DNA of 64,000 nucleotides from an uncultured Campylobacter sp. (lineage in GTDB: Bacteria; Campylobacterota; Campylobacteria; Campylobacterales; Campylobacteraceae). Below the pieces are notes generated by a model. The model was not told where the DNA came from and ran no database searches. It saw nothing but the letters and a program-made list of their open reading frames with translations. Position 1 is the stretch's first letter. Every line of letters begins with the position of its first letter. The stretch covers positions 15,200-79,199 of the forward strand of contig CALKQT010000034.1 of the NCBI GenBank assembly GCA_937990735.1. The letters run 5' to 3'. A program made the translations under genes and the position numbers. This document shows positions 38,064-47,827 of this stretch, piece by piece.

Positions 38064-38279
38064 AAGAAGTGGTTTTGCGCGCTGATACCGAAAGCCTAGA
38101 AGATGTTTTAAATGCTCAAGTCGAGAAAGTATTTTGCAGGCTGGCTCGCAAGAAAGTGTTTTTTATAAGCTGATTGATGGGCTAGAAAGTGTTTTGAAAG
38201 CTAGTACCAGTGGGCTTAGAAAGTATTTTTGAGAGCCCGCACCAAAAGGGTATTTTAAAGCAGCAAGGCGTGGGCTCCT
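38064..38279 (+). repeat. Seven tandem direct repeats (27-34 bp) with core AGAARGTRTTTT
   Basis: aagaagtggttttgcg..., agaagatgttttaaatg..., agaaagtattttgcagg..., agaaagtgttttttataag..., agaaagtgttttgaaagc..., agaaagtatttttgagag..., aaagggtattttaaagc... Confidence 0.75.
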
Positions 38280-38313
38280 TCACAATTTTACCATGCCGCT
38301 TCGAGGCTAAATT

Positions 38314-39000
38314 TCATAGCCGCATAAAGCTGTCGTCGTAGCCGCCTTCTAGCTTGCGGCGCATATCCTCGCGCCATTTTGGCGTAAGCGTCGTAAGCCG
38401 GTTAAATTTTGCTAACAGCCCTTCATTGATACGCTCGCCGTAAAATAGACGGTTGAGCTCCATCACGCTCATCATAGCGGGGTCGCGCTCTACGACGTAG
38501 ATCTCGTCGCCCGCGCGGCACGAGCCCGCCTCTAGCACGCGGTAGTACCAGCCGGTAAGTCCGCTGCGCGCGATCTCCGCCGTCATCTCCGCGTTGCCCC
38601 AGCGCATCGAGAGCTTGTAGCAGGGCTTGCGCGGCTGGCTTACTTGCAGTACCAGCGAGCCTATGCGGTGCACATCGCCGATGCATACGTTTTGCTCGTG
38701 TAGTCCGCTGATCGTGAGGTTTTCGCCCATTGCGCCGTAGGCTAGATTTTTAAGCCCCAAAAACCTCTCCCACGCGGCGTAATTTTGCAGCGAGTTGGCA
38801 AAAATTGCCTTTTCCTCTCCGCCGTGATGCAGCGTGTCGGCTACCGCGTCGCCCTCGAATCCAAGCTCATTTGCGTGCACTTCGCCCGCTCTGGCTTGCT
38901 TGAATATCGCCGTCTCCCAGCGTTTTTTTAGAGGCTGCGTAGCGCGCTCGTCGCCGTAAGTGCGCGGTTGCCCGGTCAGTAATGCCTTTAAAACGGGCAT
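38314..39000 (-). CDS. MOSC-domain protein (YiiM-like)
   Basis: TAIFKQ...G.V.......GD..AD...HGG..KA pattern and G....VSQPR.PC.KL MOSC core. Start at MPVLKAL (cat at 38998..39000), preceded by GGAGCGAAAA. Confidence 0.75.
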   Translation of the reverse strand: MPVLKALLTGQPRTYGDERATQPLKKRWETAIFKQARAGEVHANELGFEGDAVADTLHHGGEEKAIFANSLQNYAAWERFLGLKNLAYGAMGENLTISGLHEQNVCIGDVHRIGSLVLQVSQPRKPCYKLSMRWGNAEMTAEIARSGLTGWYYRVLEAGSCRAGDEIYVVERDPAMMSVMELNRLFYGERINEGLLAKFNRLTTLTPKWREDMRRKLEGGYDDSFMRL

Positions 39001-39146
39001 TTTTCGCTCCTTAAAATTTGCATCCGTTCTCCTTAGATCATAAAATTTAGGCAAGAATTTTAGCTCGAAAAGAATTTTAAAATTCTAAATTTTGAGGCGA
39101 TTTTGCGCTAAATTCCAAGTGTGGGCTTGAAATTTAGCGCACGGCG

Positions 39147-40559
39147 TTATTTGTAGTCGTTCGCGTCGTAACTTTTGCCGTCGTTAAAGTCGCTCAAAAG
39201 CCGCACGACGACGGGGCTAAGTAGGATGATTGCGATTAGGTTTGGGATCACCATCAGTCCGTTAAACATATCGGCTAGCCCCCAGACGAGGTCGATCTTT
39301 TGCACGCTTCCGATAAATACGAATGCAACGACTAAAATTTGCAAGAGCTTGACGAATTTTGCGCCCAGGAGGTATCGCACGTTGATCTCGGCGAAATAAT
39401 ACCAGCCCAAAATCGTAGTAAATGCGAAGAAAAATAGGCAGATCGCCACGAAGCCGTAGCCGCCGCTGCGACCCAAAATTTGCGATGCGAAGGCTTCTTG
39501 CACCAGCGAGATGCCCGAAAATACCGCCTTGCCGTTTTCGAAGGTGACTATGTCGGTGCTGAGTACGACGAAAACGGTGATATTAAGCACGATGAAGGTA
39601 TCGACGAAAACGCCCATTATGCCGAGCACGGCTTGATCTACGGGGTGTTTGACGTTTGCCGCGGCGTGTGCGTGCGGCGTCGAGCCCATGCCCGCTTCGT
39701 TTGAAAAGAGCCCGCGCGCGATGCCGTATCTCATCGCAGTGGCGATCGTAGCGCCCGTAGCGCCGCCCCAAGCAGCCGATGGATCAAACGCAGCTTTGAA
39801 TATCAGCGCGATGACGGATGGAATTTTATCGAAATTTGAGCCGATGATGACGAGACCCACCAGCACGTAGCAGATCGCCATTAGTGGCACGACCTTTTCG
39901 GCTACGCGTGCGATCGCTTTGACGCCGCCGAAAAAGATGACGCAGCAGATAAGTGCTAAGGCTGCGCCGCTTGCCCACTTCGGGATTCCAAATGCACTGC
40001 TAAAGCCGTCTGAAATGGAGTTTGCCTGCACCATATTGCCCATGAAGCCCAAAGCAAAGATGATAGCTAGCGCAAAAAACGCCGCTAAAGGCTTAGCAAG
40101 GGGGCTTTTGAGTCCGCGACTGATGTAAAACGCGGGACCTCCGATCATATGTCCGCTGTCGTCCTTAGTGCGGTAAATTTGAGCCAGGCAGATCTCTGCA
40201 AAGTTCGTCGCCATGCCTAAAAACGCCGCGCACCACATCCAAAATATCGCGCCCGGTCCGCCCATAATTAACGCGGTGCTGGCGCCTACCAGGTTGCCCG
40301 TACCGACCTGTGCCGCGATTGCTGTGGCGACGGCTTGGAACGAGCTCATGCCGCTTTTGCCCGCAGCCGCGCCGTGCAGAGAGAAGTTGCCGAAAAGCTT
40401 GCGCGCGCCCATTTTAAATTTAAAAATCTGCACCAGGTGCAAGCGCGCCGTAAAATACGCGCCGGTGCCGCAAAGTAGGGCGATTAGAAAGTACGGACCC
40501 CACAAAAAGGAGTTGATCGCGTCAATTGTGGCGGTGAGTTTGTCGAGAAAATTTTGCAT
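39147..40559 (-). CDS. Alanine/glycine:cation symporter (AGCS) family transporter
   Basis: 470 aa, multi-TM. SSFQAVATAIAAQVGTGNLVG and FSNEAGMGSTPHAHA signatures. Confidence 0.9.
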   Translation of the reverse strand: MQNFLDKLTATIDAINSFLWGPYFLIALLCGTGAYFTARLHLVQIFKFKMGARKLFGNFSLHGAAAGKSGMSSFQAVATAIAAQVGTGNLVGASTALIMGGPGAIFWMWCAAFLGMATNFAEICLAQIYRTKDDSGHMIGGPAFYISRGLKSPLAKPLAAFFALAIIFALGFMGNMVQANSISDGFSSAFGIPKWASGAALALICCVIFFGGVKAIARVAEKVVPLMAICYVLVGLVIIGSNFDKIPSVIALIFKAAFDPSAAWGGATGATIATAMRYGIARGLFSNEAGMGSTPHAHAAANVKHPVDQAVLGIMGVFVDTFIVLNITVFVVLSTDIVTFENGKAVFSGISLVQEAFASQILGRSGGYGFVAICLFFFAFTTILGWYYFAEINVRYLLGAKFVKLLQILVVAFVFIGSVQKIDLVWGLADMFNGLMVIPNLIAIILLSPVVVRLLSDFNDGKSYDANDYK

Positions 40560-40789
40560 GTTCTTTTCCGTGAATTTAAGATGCGAAAATATATTTTAAA
40601 AACTCTTAAATTCCTATAAATCGAGGGAAATTTAAGCGAAATTTTAAAGCGTTTTTATAATTTTACTCAGCATTGAGCAAAGCGGTATGTGCCGTTTGCT
40701 CTGCATGCCAGCTTGCCAGATAAGCAGCTTAGAATTCGCGCCTTAGCTGTCGAAATTTGCAAAGCAATCAACTGAAATTTTAAGCCTTA

Positions 40790-41620
40790 TTATTCATCAC
40801 CGCCGATTTTGAAGATAAACATCTTGCAAGCGTTACAAAAGGCAGGGATCAGGCTAAAGAGGCGCCCTTTGAGGCTCCAGTGCTCGCGGTACATTTTCAT
40901 CATCGCGGCCTCCCTGACGAAGCGGATACGCGCAGGCTCCCAGCTCTGCACCTCCGCGCCGCCATTGATACCCATTTTAAAGGGCGCGTTTTGCATGTAT
41001 CGCATCGCGTCGTGGCGTTTAGAGTCGAATTTTCTTACCGAAAACTCGCTCATGAAGTCGCTCAGCACGTAGCCGCTAAATTTTTGCGAAAGCGCGATAA
41101 AAAATTTTTTAAATTCCTCCTTTTCAAAATACATACTCACCCCCTCCAAGATGAAGATGTAGCTCGCGCTGCCGTGCTTTGCGACCAGCTCATCCATCCA
41201 CGAGGGATCTAGCATCGAGTAGGGCAGACTGAAGTTATTCTTTGCTTTGGGCAGTAGTGCGTCGCGTGCGGCGATGACATCGTGTAGGTCGAGGTCGTAA
41301 AATAGGGTGCTCGGTAGGTCTTTTTGCAATCTAAGCGGGCGAGTGTCGAGCCCCGCGCCAAGTTGCACGATGATAGGGCGGTCGAACTCCGCCGCGAGCC
41401 GCAGCGTCTCGTCGTCGAAAAATTTCGCACGTATCACGGTGCCCGTCTTGCTAAGGCGCGCATCGTTAAATTTTGCAAAATCATAATCGATCTGTTCGAC
41501 CACGGCGCTTGAAAAGGGATCATTTAGGATTGGATCCGCGTCTTTGAAATCCAAGTGGCGCATATAGACATTGATTAGCAGCGTCTCGGAGACGTTATTT
41601 TTAAAATTTAACTTTTGCAT
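40790..41620 (-). CDS. Class I SAM-dependent O-methyltransferase, LCMT/TcmP-like
   Basis: VQLGAGLDTRPLRL motif. Start chosen at MQKLNF (cat at 41618..41620). The upstream 57 codons of the ORF look noncoding. Confidence 0.7.
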   Translation of the reverse strand: MQKLNFKNNVSETLLINVYMRHLDFKDADPILNDPFSSAVVEQIDYDFAKFNDARLSKTGTVIRAKFFDDETLRLAAEFDRPIIVQLGAGLDTRPLRLQKDLPSTLFYDLDLHDVIAARDALLPKAKNNFSLPYSMLDPSWMDELVAKHGSASYIFILEGVSMYFEKEEFKKFFIALSQKFSGYVLSDFMSEFSVRKFDSKRHDAMRYMQNAPFKMGINGGAEVQSWEPARIRFVREAAMMKMYREHWSLKGRLFSLIPAFCNACKMFIFKIGGDE

Positions 41621-41972
41621 GAAGTGCCTTTCTTGCGGTATTATTGCGAGCAAATACCGCTTATTTTTAATATGCATTATTATATCCTTGCTAAATAAAA
41701 TTTCAATAAAATGATATGAAATTTTATTTAGAGGTAGAATTTTAAATTCGCGCCGCGGGTTTTGGCTATAATATTGCCGCGTAAAGCTCAATAAATTTTT
41801 GAAATTTTACGCGATGCAAAGCGCGGGTAAAATTTAGAATTTTAAAAGCTATAAAATTTATTAGCTCCGGCGACCCAGATGCGCAGCTATAGTGCGGATA
41901 GTAAATTTAGTCCGCACAGCTTTATTTTTGTCTAAATATTTCATTGTATAATTCTTAGCTTTTGGAGGTTAT

Positions 41973-42611
41973 ATGGAAAAATCGCGGCTGGGACTACTGC
42001 AAACCGAGGCTATCGCCACGCTTAGCGACGAGGAGCTTGCAATGTTCGAGCACCAAGTCATTAAAAAAGGCTATGTTTTTTATAGCGAGGCGCCTAAAGT
42101 TTTTATTTTTAAAAGCGGGCAGGCGAAGCTTTCGTTTTTTGAAGACGGCGAAGAATTCATCATCAACTACCTAAATAAGGACAATATTACCATTCTTAAT
42201 GAAATTTGCGCGCTTGAGTTTTTAGAGGACAGCGAAATTTATACGATCGATGCGAGCGGACTAGGGGATATCTTGGCAAATCGCAGTTTTTGCGAGGCGT
42301 ATATAAAAATTTTAACAGAGATAATTCTGCTGCAGCGCAAAATCACACGCTCTATACTTTTTGAAAATGCAAAAGGGCGCATCGCGAGCTTTTTGATCGA
42401 GCTTGCAAACGAGCAGAATTTTCATCAAAATGGCTACAAATACGTCTTTTTGCCCTTTTCGCTAAAGGTGCTTTCATCCTTCGTGGGGCTCAAGCGCCAA
42501 AGCGCGAGTACCGCGTTTAATGAGCTTGTAAAAGATAACGTAATTCAAAAAATCAGTCAGCACGAGTTTTTGATCCTGGACTACGACAGATTGCTTAGCT
42601 ACTGTGTTTAG
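41973..42611 (+). CDS. Crp/Fnr family transcriptional regulator
   Basis: N-terminal cNMP-binding-like beta-roll, a RIASFLIELA linker helix, and a C-terminal HTH (LSSFVGLKRQSASTAFNELVKDNVI). No N-terminal Fnr-type Cys cluster is seen. Confidence 0.8.
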   Translation: MEKSRLGLLQTEAIATLSDEELAMFEHQVIKKGYVFYSEAPKVFIFKSGQAKLSFFEDGEEFIINYLNKDNITILNEICALEFLEDSEIYTIDASGLGDILANRSFCEAYIKILTEIILLQRKITRSILFENAKGRIASFLIELANEQNFHQNGYKYVFLPFSLKVLSSFVGLKRQSASTAFNELVKDNVIQKISQHEFLILDYDRLLSYCV

Positions 42612-42614
42612 GCT

Positions 42615-43010
42615 CGGGCTAGAGTTTTTAAAGCATTTATGCGGCTTACGTTACGGCTTAAGCGCGAAATTTTGTCTAAAGTTACGGCGCAAAATTTTGC
42701 CTAGATTTACAGCATAAAATTTTTATCAAGAGCTTGGTTTTAGAATTCCATCCCGAATTTCGTTTAGGATTTCGTCTAAAATTTTAACTTATATAAAATT
42801 TGGGTTTGTGATCTCGTTTAAAATTTTAACGCGTAATTCGCTTTTGGATTTTATCCGCTATCCTAAAACGCAAAGCTTTGGAATTTTAAATTTAGCGGCA
42901 GGCTATGGAATTTAAAATTTTAAATCAAGCTGGAATTTTATGGGTTGCAATGGAATTTAAAATTTTGGATCGAACGAAATTTTACGTATCGGAATTTTTA
43001 AAATTTAAGA
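42615..43010. repeat. Intergenic RAATTY-rich short-period repeat block
   Basis: gcgaaattttgtc, gcaaaattttgcc, cataaaattttta, ttagaattccatcccgaatttcg, ctaaaattttaac, tatggaatttaaaattttaaatc, ctggaattttatgg, aatggaatttaaaattttgg. Confidence 0.7.
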
Positions 43011-43039
43011 AATTAAAAATGCGCGGCAAAGTGCCGCGC
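43008..43039 (-). terminator. Rho-independent terminator downstream of focA (end of the hyf-focA operon)
   Basis: Perfect 8-bp GC-rich stem gcgcggca/tgccgcgc (43021..43039) with a 3-nt loop. On the minus strand it is followed by ATTTTTAATTTCTT. Confidence 0.55.
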
Positions 43040-43074
43040 CGTATTTTGTTTATATCGTGCTGAAGCGCGATAGA

Positions 43075-43938
43075 TTAGTCTTTCTTTTTCATATCGTATT
43101 TATTGACCATAAATCCGACCAAGCCTACGAAAAATAGACCGCCGCAGATGTTGCCTAGCGTAACCGGGATCATATTTTTAACGATGAAATTTCCCCAGTT
43201 TATTGAATCTATTTGAGCCGCTGTTACGCCGTGAAGCGAGCTTGCAAGAGCATTTACATCGCCACCCGCAGCCGCAAGGTAGTGGCCTTTAGCGATGATG
43301 CCTTCAGTTAGGATAAACATATTTGCCACGCAGTGTTCCATCGAGCAAGCTACGAATGCGCCGATCATCCACATAATTGCAAAGAATTTACCCGATAGAT
43401 TGCTCTCGCTGGTCGCAGTCCAGATAGACATACATACAAACACGTTACAAAAAATTCCGCGAATGAATAGCTCATGAAAAGGTGCGTTTATTTTGCCGGC
43501 TGCCGCAGGAATGAAGTGTTGCAAGATGTAGCCGTCATATTTAAGCGGAAGTCCTGAGTAATAATACATATACGCGATTAACGCGCCGCCTACGAAGTTA
43601 AAGCACCAAACGATAGCCCAATAGCCGATAGTTTTACCTAGCGGTAATTTGCCGTCGGCAGCAGGTACGCCCGTTAAAACCGAGCTAGTAAATAGATGCC
43701 CACCGTAAAAAACCACCATCATCAGACCGCAGCTAAAGGTAATACCGCCGATGAAATTCGATAAGCCAATAGATTGCTTTTCAGCCATTCCGACGGTCGA
43801 GTGAGCCCAGAAAATATCGCCCATAGCGATTGCAGCGCCCGCCATTATAGCTAGAAAAATTATGCTAATTAGCGGGGTATGCGCCTTGTGTTGCATCGAA
43901 CTAGACACCGCTTGCGCGGTTTCTGCAGGATTTAACAT
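43075..43938 (-). CDS. focA: Formate/nitrite transporter family channel (formate channel FocA-like)
   Basis: 287 aa, six TM segments. FNT signatures (GG.LFTS, central His in SMEHCVANMF). RBS GAGGAGGAG. Directly follows hycI. Confidence 0.9.
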   Translation of the reverse strand: MLNPAETAQAVSSSMQHKAHTPLISIIFLAIMAGAAIAMGDIFWAHSTVGMAEKQSIGLSNFIGGITFSCGLMMVVFYGGHLFTSSVLTGVPAADGKLPLGKTIGYWAIVWCFNFVGGALIAYMYYYSGLPLKYDGYILQHFIPAAAGKINAPFHELFIRGIFCNVFVCMSIWTATSESNLSGKFFAIMWMIGAFVACSMEHCVANMFILTEGIIAKGHYLAAAGGDVNALASSLHGVTAAQIDSINWGNFIVKNMIPVTLGNICGGLFFVGLVGFMVNKYDMKKKD

Positions 43939-44394
43939 TTACTCCTCCTCATTTAAATTTGAATCAATTTCTAAGATACGCTCATAAGCTTTTTGCGCAC
44001 TTTTTTTTGCGCTCTCGCTTAGTCCTTCTTTAAAATCAAGGACATTATCGAGCAGGACGCTTATGCCCAAAAACAATGTCTTTGGGCAAATTTTGCGCAA
44101 ATAGCTTAGAAGCACCGGCGTAGGTAGGTTATGCGTCGAGTATATGTAGTCGCGATCGTTGCTGAGGTCGAAAAATTCTATCTTATCCTCATCAAAGCCG
44201 CTCATTGCATCTACTACGATCAGAATTTCAGGGGCGAATTCCCTAAGGGCAGCAAATTCGTTTTCGGGCACATCCTGCCCATAAAAAACGCGCCAGTCTT
44301 TTAGATTCGCCTCGACTATTCGCCCCGTTTCATTGCCCACGTCATCGTCGCCACGAAGGGGATTGCCGATACAAAGCAACGCCTTTCGCATCAA
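43939..44394 (-). CDS. hycI: Hydrogenase 3/4 large-subunit maturation endopeptidase HycI
   Basis: LLCIGNPLRGDDDVG...P.ILIVVDA...STHNLP aligns with the E. coli HycI pattern (LLCVGNSMMGDDGAG...LLIVDA...TTHNMP). Confidence 0.85.
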   Translation of the reverse strand: MMRKALLCIGNPLRGDDDVGNETGRIVEANLKDWRVFYGQDVPENEFAALREFAPEILIVVDAMSGFDEDKIEFFDLSNDRDYIYSTHNLPTPVLLSYLRKICPKTLFLGISVLLDNVLDFKEGLSESAKKSAQKAYERILEIDSNLNEEE

Positions 44395-44735
44395 AAATCC
44401 TTCCTTAGCACGAAGTATCCTTCGCGCATATTTTTTAGCAGATCTTTAAGCTCACATTCGCAAAGCTGAGGGATTAGCTTAGCTGCGTGCTCGGCAAAAA
44501 TTTCAATCTCGAAATACTTGCTTAGGTTACCGATCTTAAATTTAACGTAGTCGCCCGAGTTTTCGATGATGCGTTTAAATTCTTCATCGTCTATTTCAAG
44601 CACCTTTTCGCTAAAATCTATCGTACCTACGCCGTGACCGACGCAGGTGGAAAAAACCTTGATATCCTTTAGCTCTTTAGGTAGATTTTCGTTTTCATCC
44701 ATATGCCGCTTTGTAAGCTTAAAAACCTCAATCAT
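44391..44735 (-). CDS. hycH: Formate hydrogenlyase maturation protein HycH/HyfJ-like
   Basis: KLTKRHMDENENLP and VFSTCVGHGVGTIDF resemble E. coli HycH QLSRKFIDENDATP and YYSLAIGHHLGVIDC. Position between hyfI and hycI. Confidence 0.65.
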   Translation of the reverse strand: MIEVFKLTKRHMDENENLPKELKDIKVFSTCVGHGVGTIDFSEKVLEIDDEEFKRIIENSGDYVKFKIGNLSKYFEIEIFAEHAAKLIPQLCECELKDLLKNMREGYFVLRKDF

Positions 44736-45556
44736 CGTTTGCTCCAGACCTCTTTTTGCGGATCGATTTTAAATTCCTCCGTAGCGCGGGCATATTTTAG
44801 ATACACGTCATTGTGTAATAGCGCCATGCACTCCGCGTATCTAGGATCCTCTTCGGTATGGATAGCGTTAAGTAGAGCCTCGCGAGAAGCTTTTGGATCG
44901 TGAACGTCAGATGAGGTTTTGATCGCATCCATATATTTTGCAAATAAAACTCTTCCGAAAATATAGCTCATCAGCCTCTTAGCTTCAGCTTGCAGATCGC
45001 GCTCGAATAAAATATCGCCGATAACTGAACTCTTAACTGGTGGCGGAAGAGTACTATCTTGCTCGTAGCTCTTCTTTTGAAGCTTTTGATCAATAATGCC
45101 AAGCGCCATGCCAAGACCATAGATGATGCTAGCAGGATGCGGAGGGCAGCCGGGGATATAAACATCTACCGGTACAATCTTATCGATGCCGCTCCATACG
45201 CTATATGCGTCGTGAAAAATTCCGCCAGTACTTCCGCAGGCTCCCAGAGCCACTACGATCTTTGGATCAGGTGCAGCCTCATAAGCGCGAAGCAGCGGAT
45301 AATACATCTGGCGAGTAACCGGACCGGTGCAGACTAAGATATCTGCGTGGCGAGGGTTGGCTACGAGTTTAAATCCGAAGCGCTCCGGATCCCACATCGG
45401 CGTGATAGAAGCAAAAATTTCGATTTCACAGCCGTTGCAACTTCCGCAGTCGATACGATAAACGCTGAAGCTTCGTTTGATATTTTTCAAAAGCTCCAAT
45501 TTTGCGGTTAGATCGTTTGCGTTTTTAATATTTTCGGGGACTTGATACAAACTCAT
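44732..45556 (-). CDS. hyfI: Hydrogenase-4/FHL small subunit (NuoB-like) HyfI/HycG
   Basis: CGSCNGCEIE, GACGSTGG, IPGCPP cluster-N2-type motifs. Start at MSLYQV (cat at 45554..45556) with GGAGGCAATAAA upstream and an ATGA overlap with hyfH. Confidence 0.9.
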   Translation of the reverse strand: MSLYQVPENIKNANDLTAKLELLKNIKRSFSVYRIDCGSCNGCEIEIFASITPMWDPERFGFKLVANPRHADILVCTGPVTRQMYYPLLRAYEAAPDPKIVVALGACGSTGGIFHDAYSVWSGIDKIVPVDVYIPGCPPHPASIIYGLGMALGIIDQKLQKKSYEQDSTLPPPVKSSVIGDILFERDLQAEAKRLMSYIFGRVLFAKYMDAIKTSSDVHDPKASREALLNAIHTEEDPRYAECMALLHNDVYLKYARATEEFKIDPQKEVWSKR

Positions 45557-46092
45557 TTTATTGCCTCCTCTATACCTTTGGTCATTCTCTCGACCGCTTG
45601 AGCTTTTTTGCATTCAGGACAGATATAGAGATATTTTTTAGCTTCTTCTAATCTGCCTGGGAGCAAATTTGCAGTACTTAGCTTTTCTAGCGTGTAATTG
45701 ATGAGCCTTTTTGGGGTCATCGGCTTGCCGCAGCAGCTGCATTTCTCCATCTCAAGCTCGCCGTGTTGGATAAGCGCGCTTTTATCAAATTTTACCGCTA
45801 ACTCAAAGCTATTGCCTAGCCTTACTGCTCCCGTAGGGCATACCTCGTCGCAGCGACCGCAAAATATGCAGCGTCCGCAGTCAAATTCCCAAATTAGTTT
45901 AGTTTGGGCTTCGTTCATCTTAAGCTCGATCGCATTGGATGGGCAGGCGATACCACATGCAGCACAGCCTATGCAAAGCTCGTAGGTGTATTCAGGTTGC
46001 CCACGAAAATTCTCGGGCACGATGTATGGCTCAAACGGATAAGCATAGGTCGCCTTACCATATTTTTCGGTAATGTCGAATAATTTCATCAT
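45553..46092 (-). CDS. hyfH: Hydrogenase-4/FHL 2x[4Fe-4S] ferredoxin subunit (NuoI-like) HyfH/HycF
   Basis: CIGCAACGIACP and CIFCGRCDEVCP motifs. Confidence 0.9.
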   Translation of the reverse strand: MMKLFDITEKYGKATYAYPFEPYIVPENFRGQPEYTYELCIGCAACGIACPSNAIELKMNEAQTKLIWEFDCGRCIFCGRCDEVCPTGAVRLGNSFELAVKFDKSALIQHGELEMEKCSCCGKPMTPKRLINYTLEKLSTANLLPGRLEEAKKYLYICPECKKAQAVERMTKGIEEAIK

Positions 46093-47825
46093 CTTAAATC
46101 CTTTTTGCTAACCTTGCCGTCTTGGCAAAATTTCTTAAGGTCTTTTTCGGTTAGAATTTTACTCTTTCCGCTATTAATATCGACTAAAGTTACGCGCTCA
46201 GTGCATGAGTAGCACGGATCCATCGAGCATACGATTAGCGCCGCATCGGAGATGTTATTTCCGCGGAATTGAAATCGTAAGCTCGGCCAGTTGTTATACG
46301 TAGCGGCGCGACATCTCCAGCGGTAAACCTTCTGTGCGTTTCCTTGCATGATCCAGTGGACGTTTTCGCCTCGCGGCGCTTCGTCGTGACCTAAAGCGTA
46401 GTTTTCCGGTCTGATCATAGTCTGTGGATCGATCATTATCGGAGTTTGCGGCATTTGATGCAAGCACTGCCTGATGATGTGGATCGATTGTTTAAGCTCT
46501 TTATATCTTACGACTTCGCGGCTGAATACATCGCCACCGTGCTCTACGGCTACTTCGAATTCTATCTTGTTGAAGAAATCATAAGGGTGATCGTAGCGAT
46601 TGTCGCGTTTAAAACCGGAAGCTCTCATATTTGGACCTACCGGGCTAAAATCACGCGCCACTTTGCGATCTAATACGCCCACACCCTTCCAGCGACCGAT
46701 TTGGCGTTTATCCTCCATAACGGCGTCCCAAATTTCAGAAATTTGAACATCAAGTTTATTGATGATCTCGATGCTCTTGCGAATTTCATTGTCGGTCATA
46801 TCACGGCGAAGTCCGCCCATAATTACATTGCCGTAAGTCTTGCGGCCGCCGGTTACGAGCTGAGCTAGCTCCATAGAATACTCGCGCACCCTAAAGATAT
46901 GCATGAAGGCGTTGTAGTTACCTGTTACCTCGCAGGCTAGACCGATATTTAAAAGATGGCTGTGAAGACGCTCGATCTCAAGGCAGATTACGCGGATAGC
47001 TTGCGCACGAAGCGGAATTTCAAGCTTGATGGCTTTCTCTGCTGCTTCAATACACGCAATCGCATGAGCGTAGCCGCAAATTCCGCAGACGCGCTCTGCT
47101 AAATAGCCCATCTGATCGTAATTCATTCGGTTTTCAGCTAGTTTCTCCATACCGCGGTGTTGATAAAATAAGCGGTAGTCTGCATCGATAATCTCATCGC
47201 CATCGCAAAATAGTCTGAAGTGTCCCGGCTCATCGCTCGTTACGTGAAGAGGTCCAAGTGGAACATCTACTACGCCGTCGCCGCTAGGAAATAAAAACTC
47301 TGCATTAGGCTCGTCTTTATGATCTACAGGATCAGGCCTATAGCGATAGTCCATTGCGTCTTTGCGAAGTGGATGAAGCCCATCTGGCCAATCGTCGCTT
47401 AACACCAAACGGCGTTTATCAGGCAAGCCCTCAGCGATTAAGCCGAACATATCGAAAGCTTCTCTTTCGTACCATACGCAAGCAGGCACTAAAGGAGTAA
47501 CTGACGGGAATGTAGGATCCGATCCGGGAATTAGCGTCCTAACGGTGATGAAGCATTTATCCTCTGCGGCGAAATCCTCCGCTTCGGTCATTTTGCCACC
47601 TTCCATAGATATCGCATAGTAAAGCGCGAAATTTCCGTTTAGCTCGCGCTCATCGTTAGGGATCATCGTGCTGATAAAACCGCCGACGTCATAATATAGC
47701 GTCTTAACCGCAAGCGGTAGATCATTTCTATCCACTAAAACGGTGATTTGATCCTCGGCTTGGCGGGTAACTTCTAAGACCTTGACTTTGGTCTTTAAAA
47801 TTTCTATAAATTTATCGCCTCTCAT
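46089..47825 (-). CDS. hyfG: [NiFe] hydrogenase-4/FHL large subunit (NuoC-NuoD fusion) HyfG/HycE
   Basis: N-terminal Ni-binding RVCGICGYAH and C-terminal DPCYSCTER, followed by a 34-aa extension of the kind removed by HycI. Confidence 0.95.
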   Translation of the reverse strand: MRGDKFIEILKTKVKVLEVTRQAEDQITVLVDRNDLPLAVKTLYYDVGGFISTMIPNDERELNGNFALYYAISMEGGKMTEAEDFAAEDKCFITVRTLIPGSDPTFPSVTPLVPACVWYEREAFDMFGLIAEGLPDKRRLVLSDDWPDGLHPLRKDAMDYRYRPDPVDHKDEPNAEFLFPSGDGVVDVPLGPLHVTSDEPGHFRLFCDGDEIIDADYRLFYQHRGMEKLAENRMNYDQMGYLAERVCGICGYAHAIACIEAAEKAIKLEIPLRAQAIRVICLEIERLHSHLLNIGLACEVTGNYNAFMHIFRVREYSMELAQLVTGGRKTYGNVIMGGLRRDMTDNEIRKSIEIINKLDVQISEIWDAVMEDKRQIGRWKGVGVLDRKVARDFSPVGPNMRASGFKRDNRYDHPYDFFNKIEFEVAVEHGGDVFSREVVRYKELKQSIHIIRQCLHQMPQTPIMIDPQTMIRPENYALGHDEAPRGENVHWIMQGNAQKVYRWRCRAATYNNWPSLRFQFRGNNISDAALIVCSMDPCYSCTERVTLVDINSGKSKILTEKDLKKFCQDGKVSKKDLR

Positions 47826-47827
47826 TT

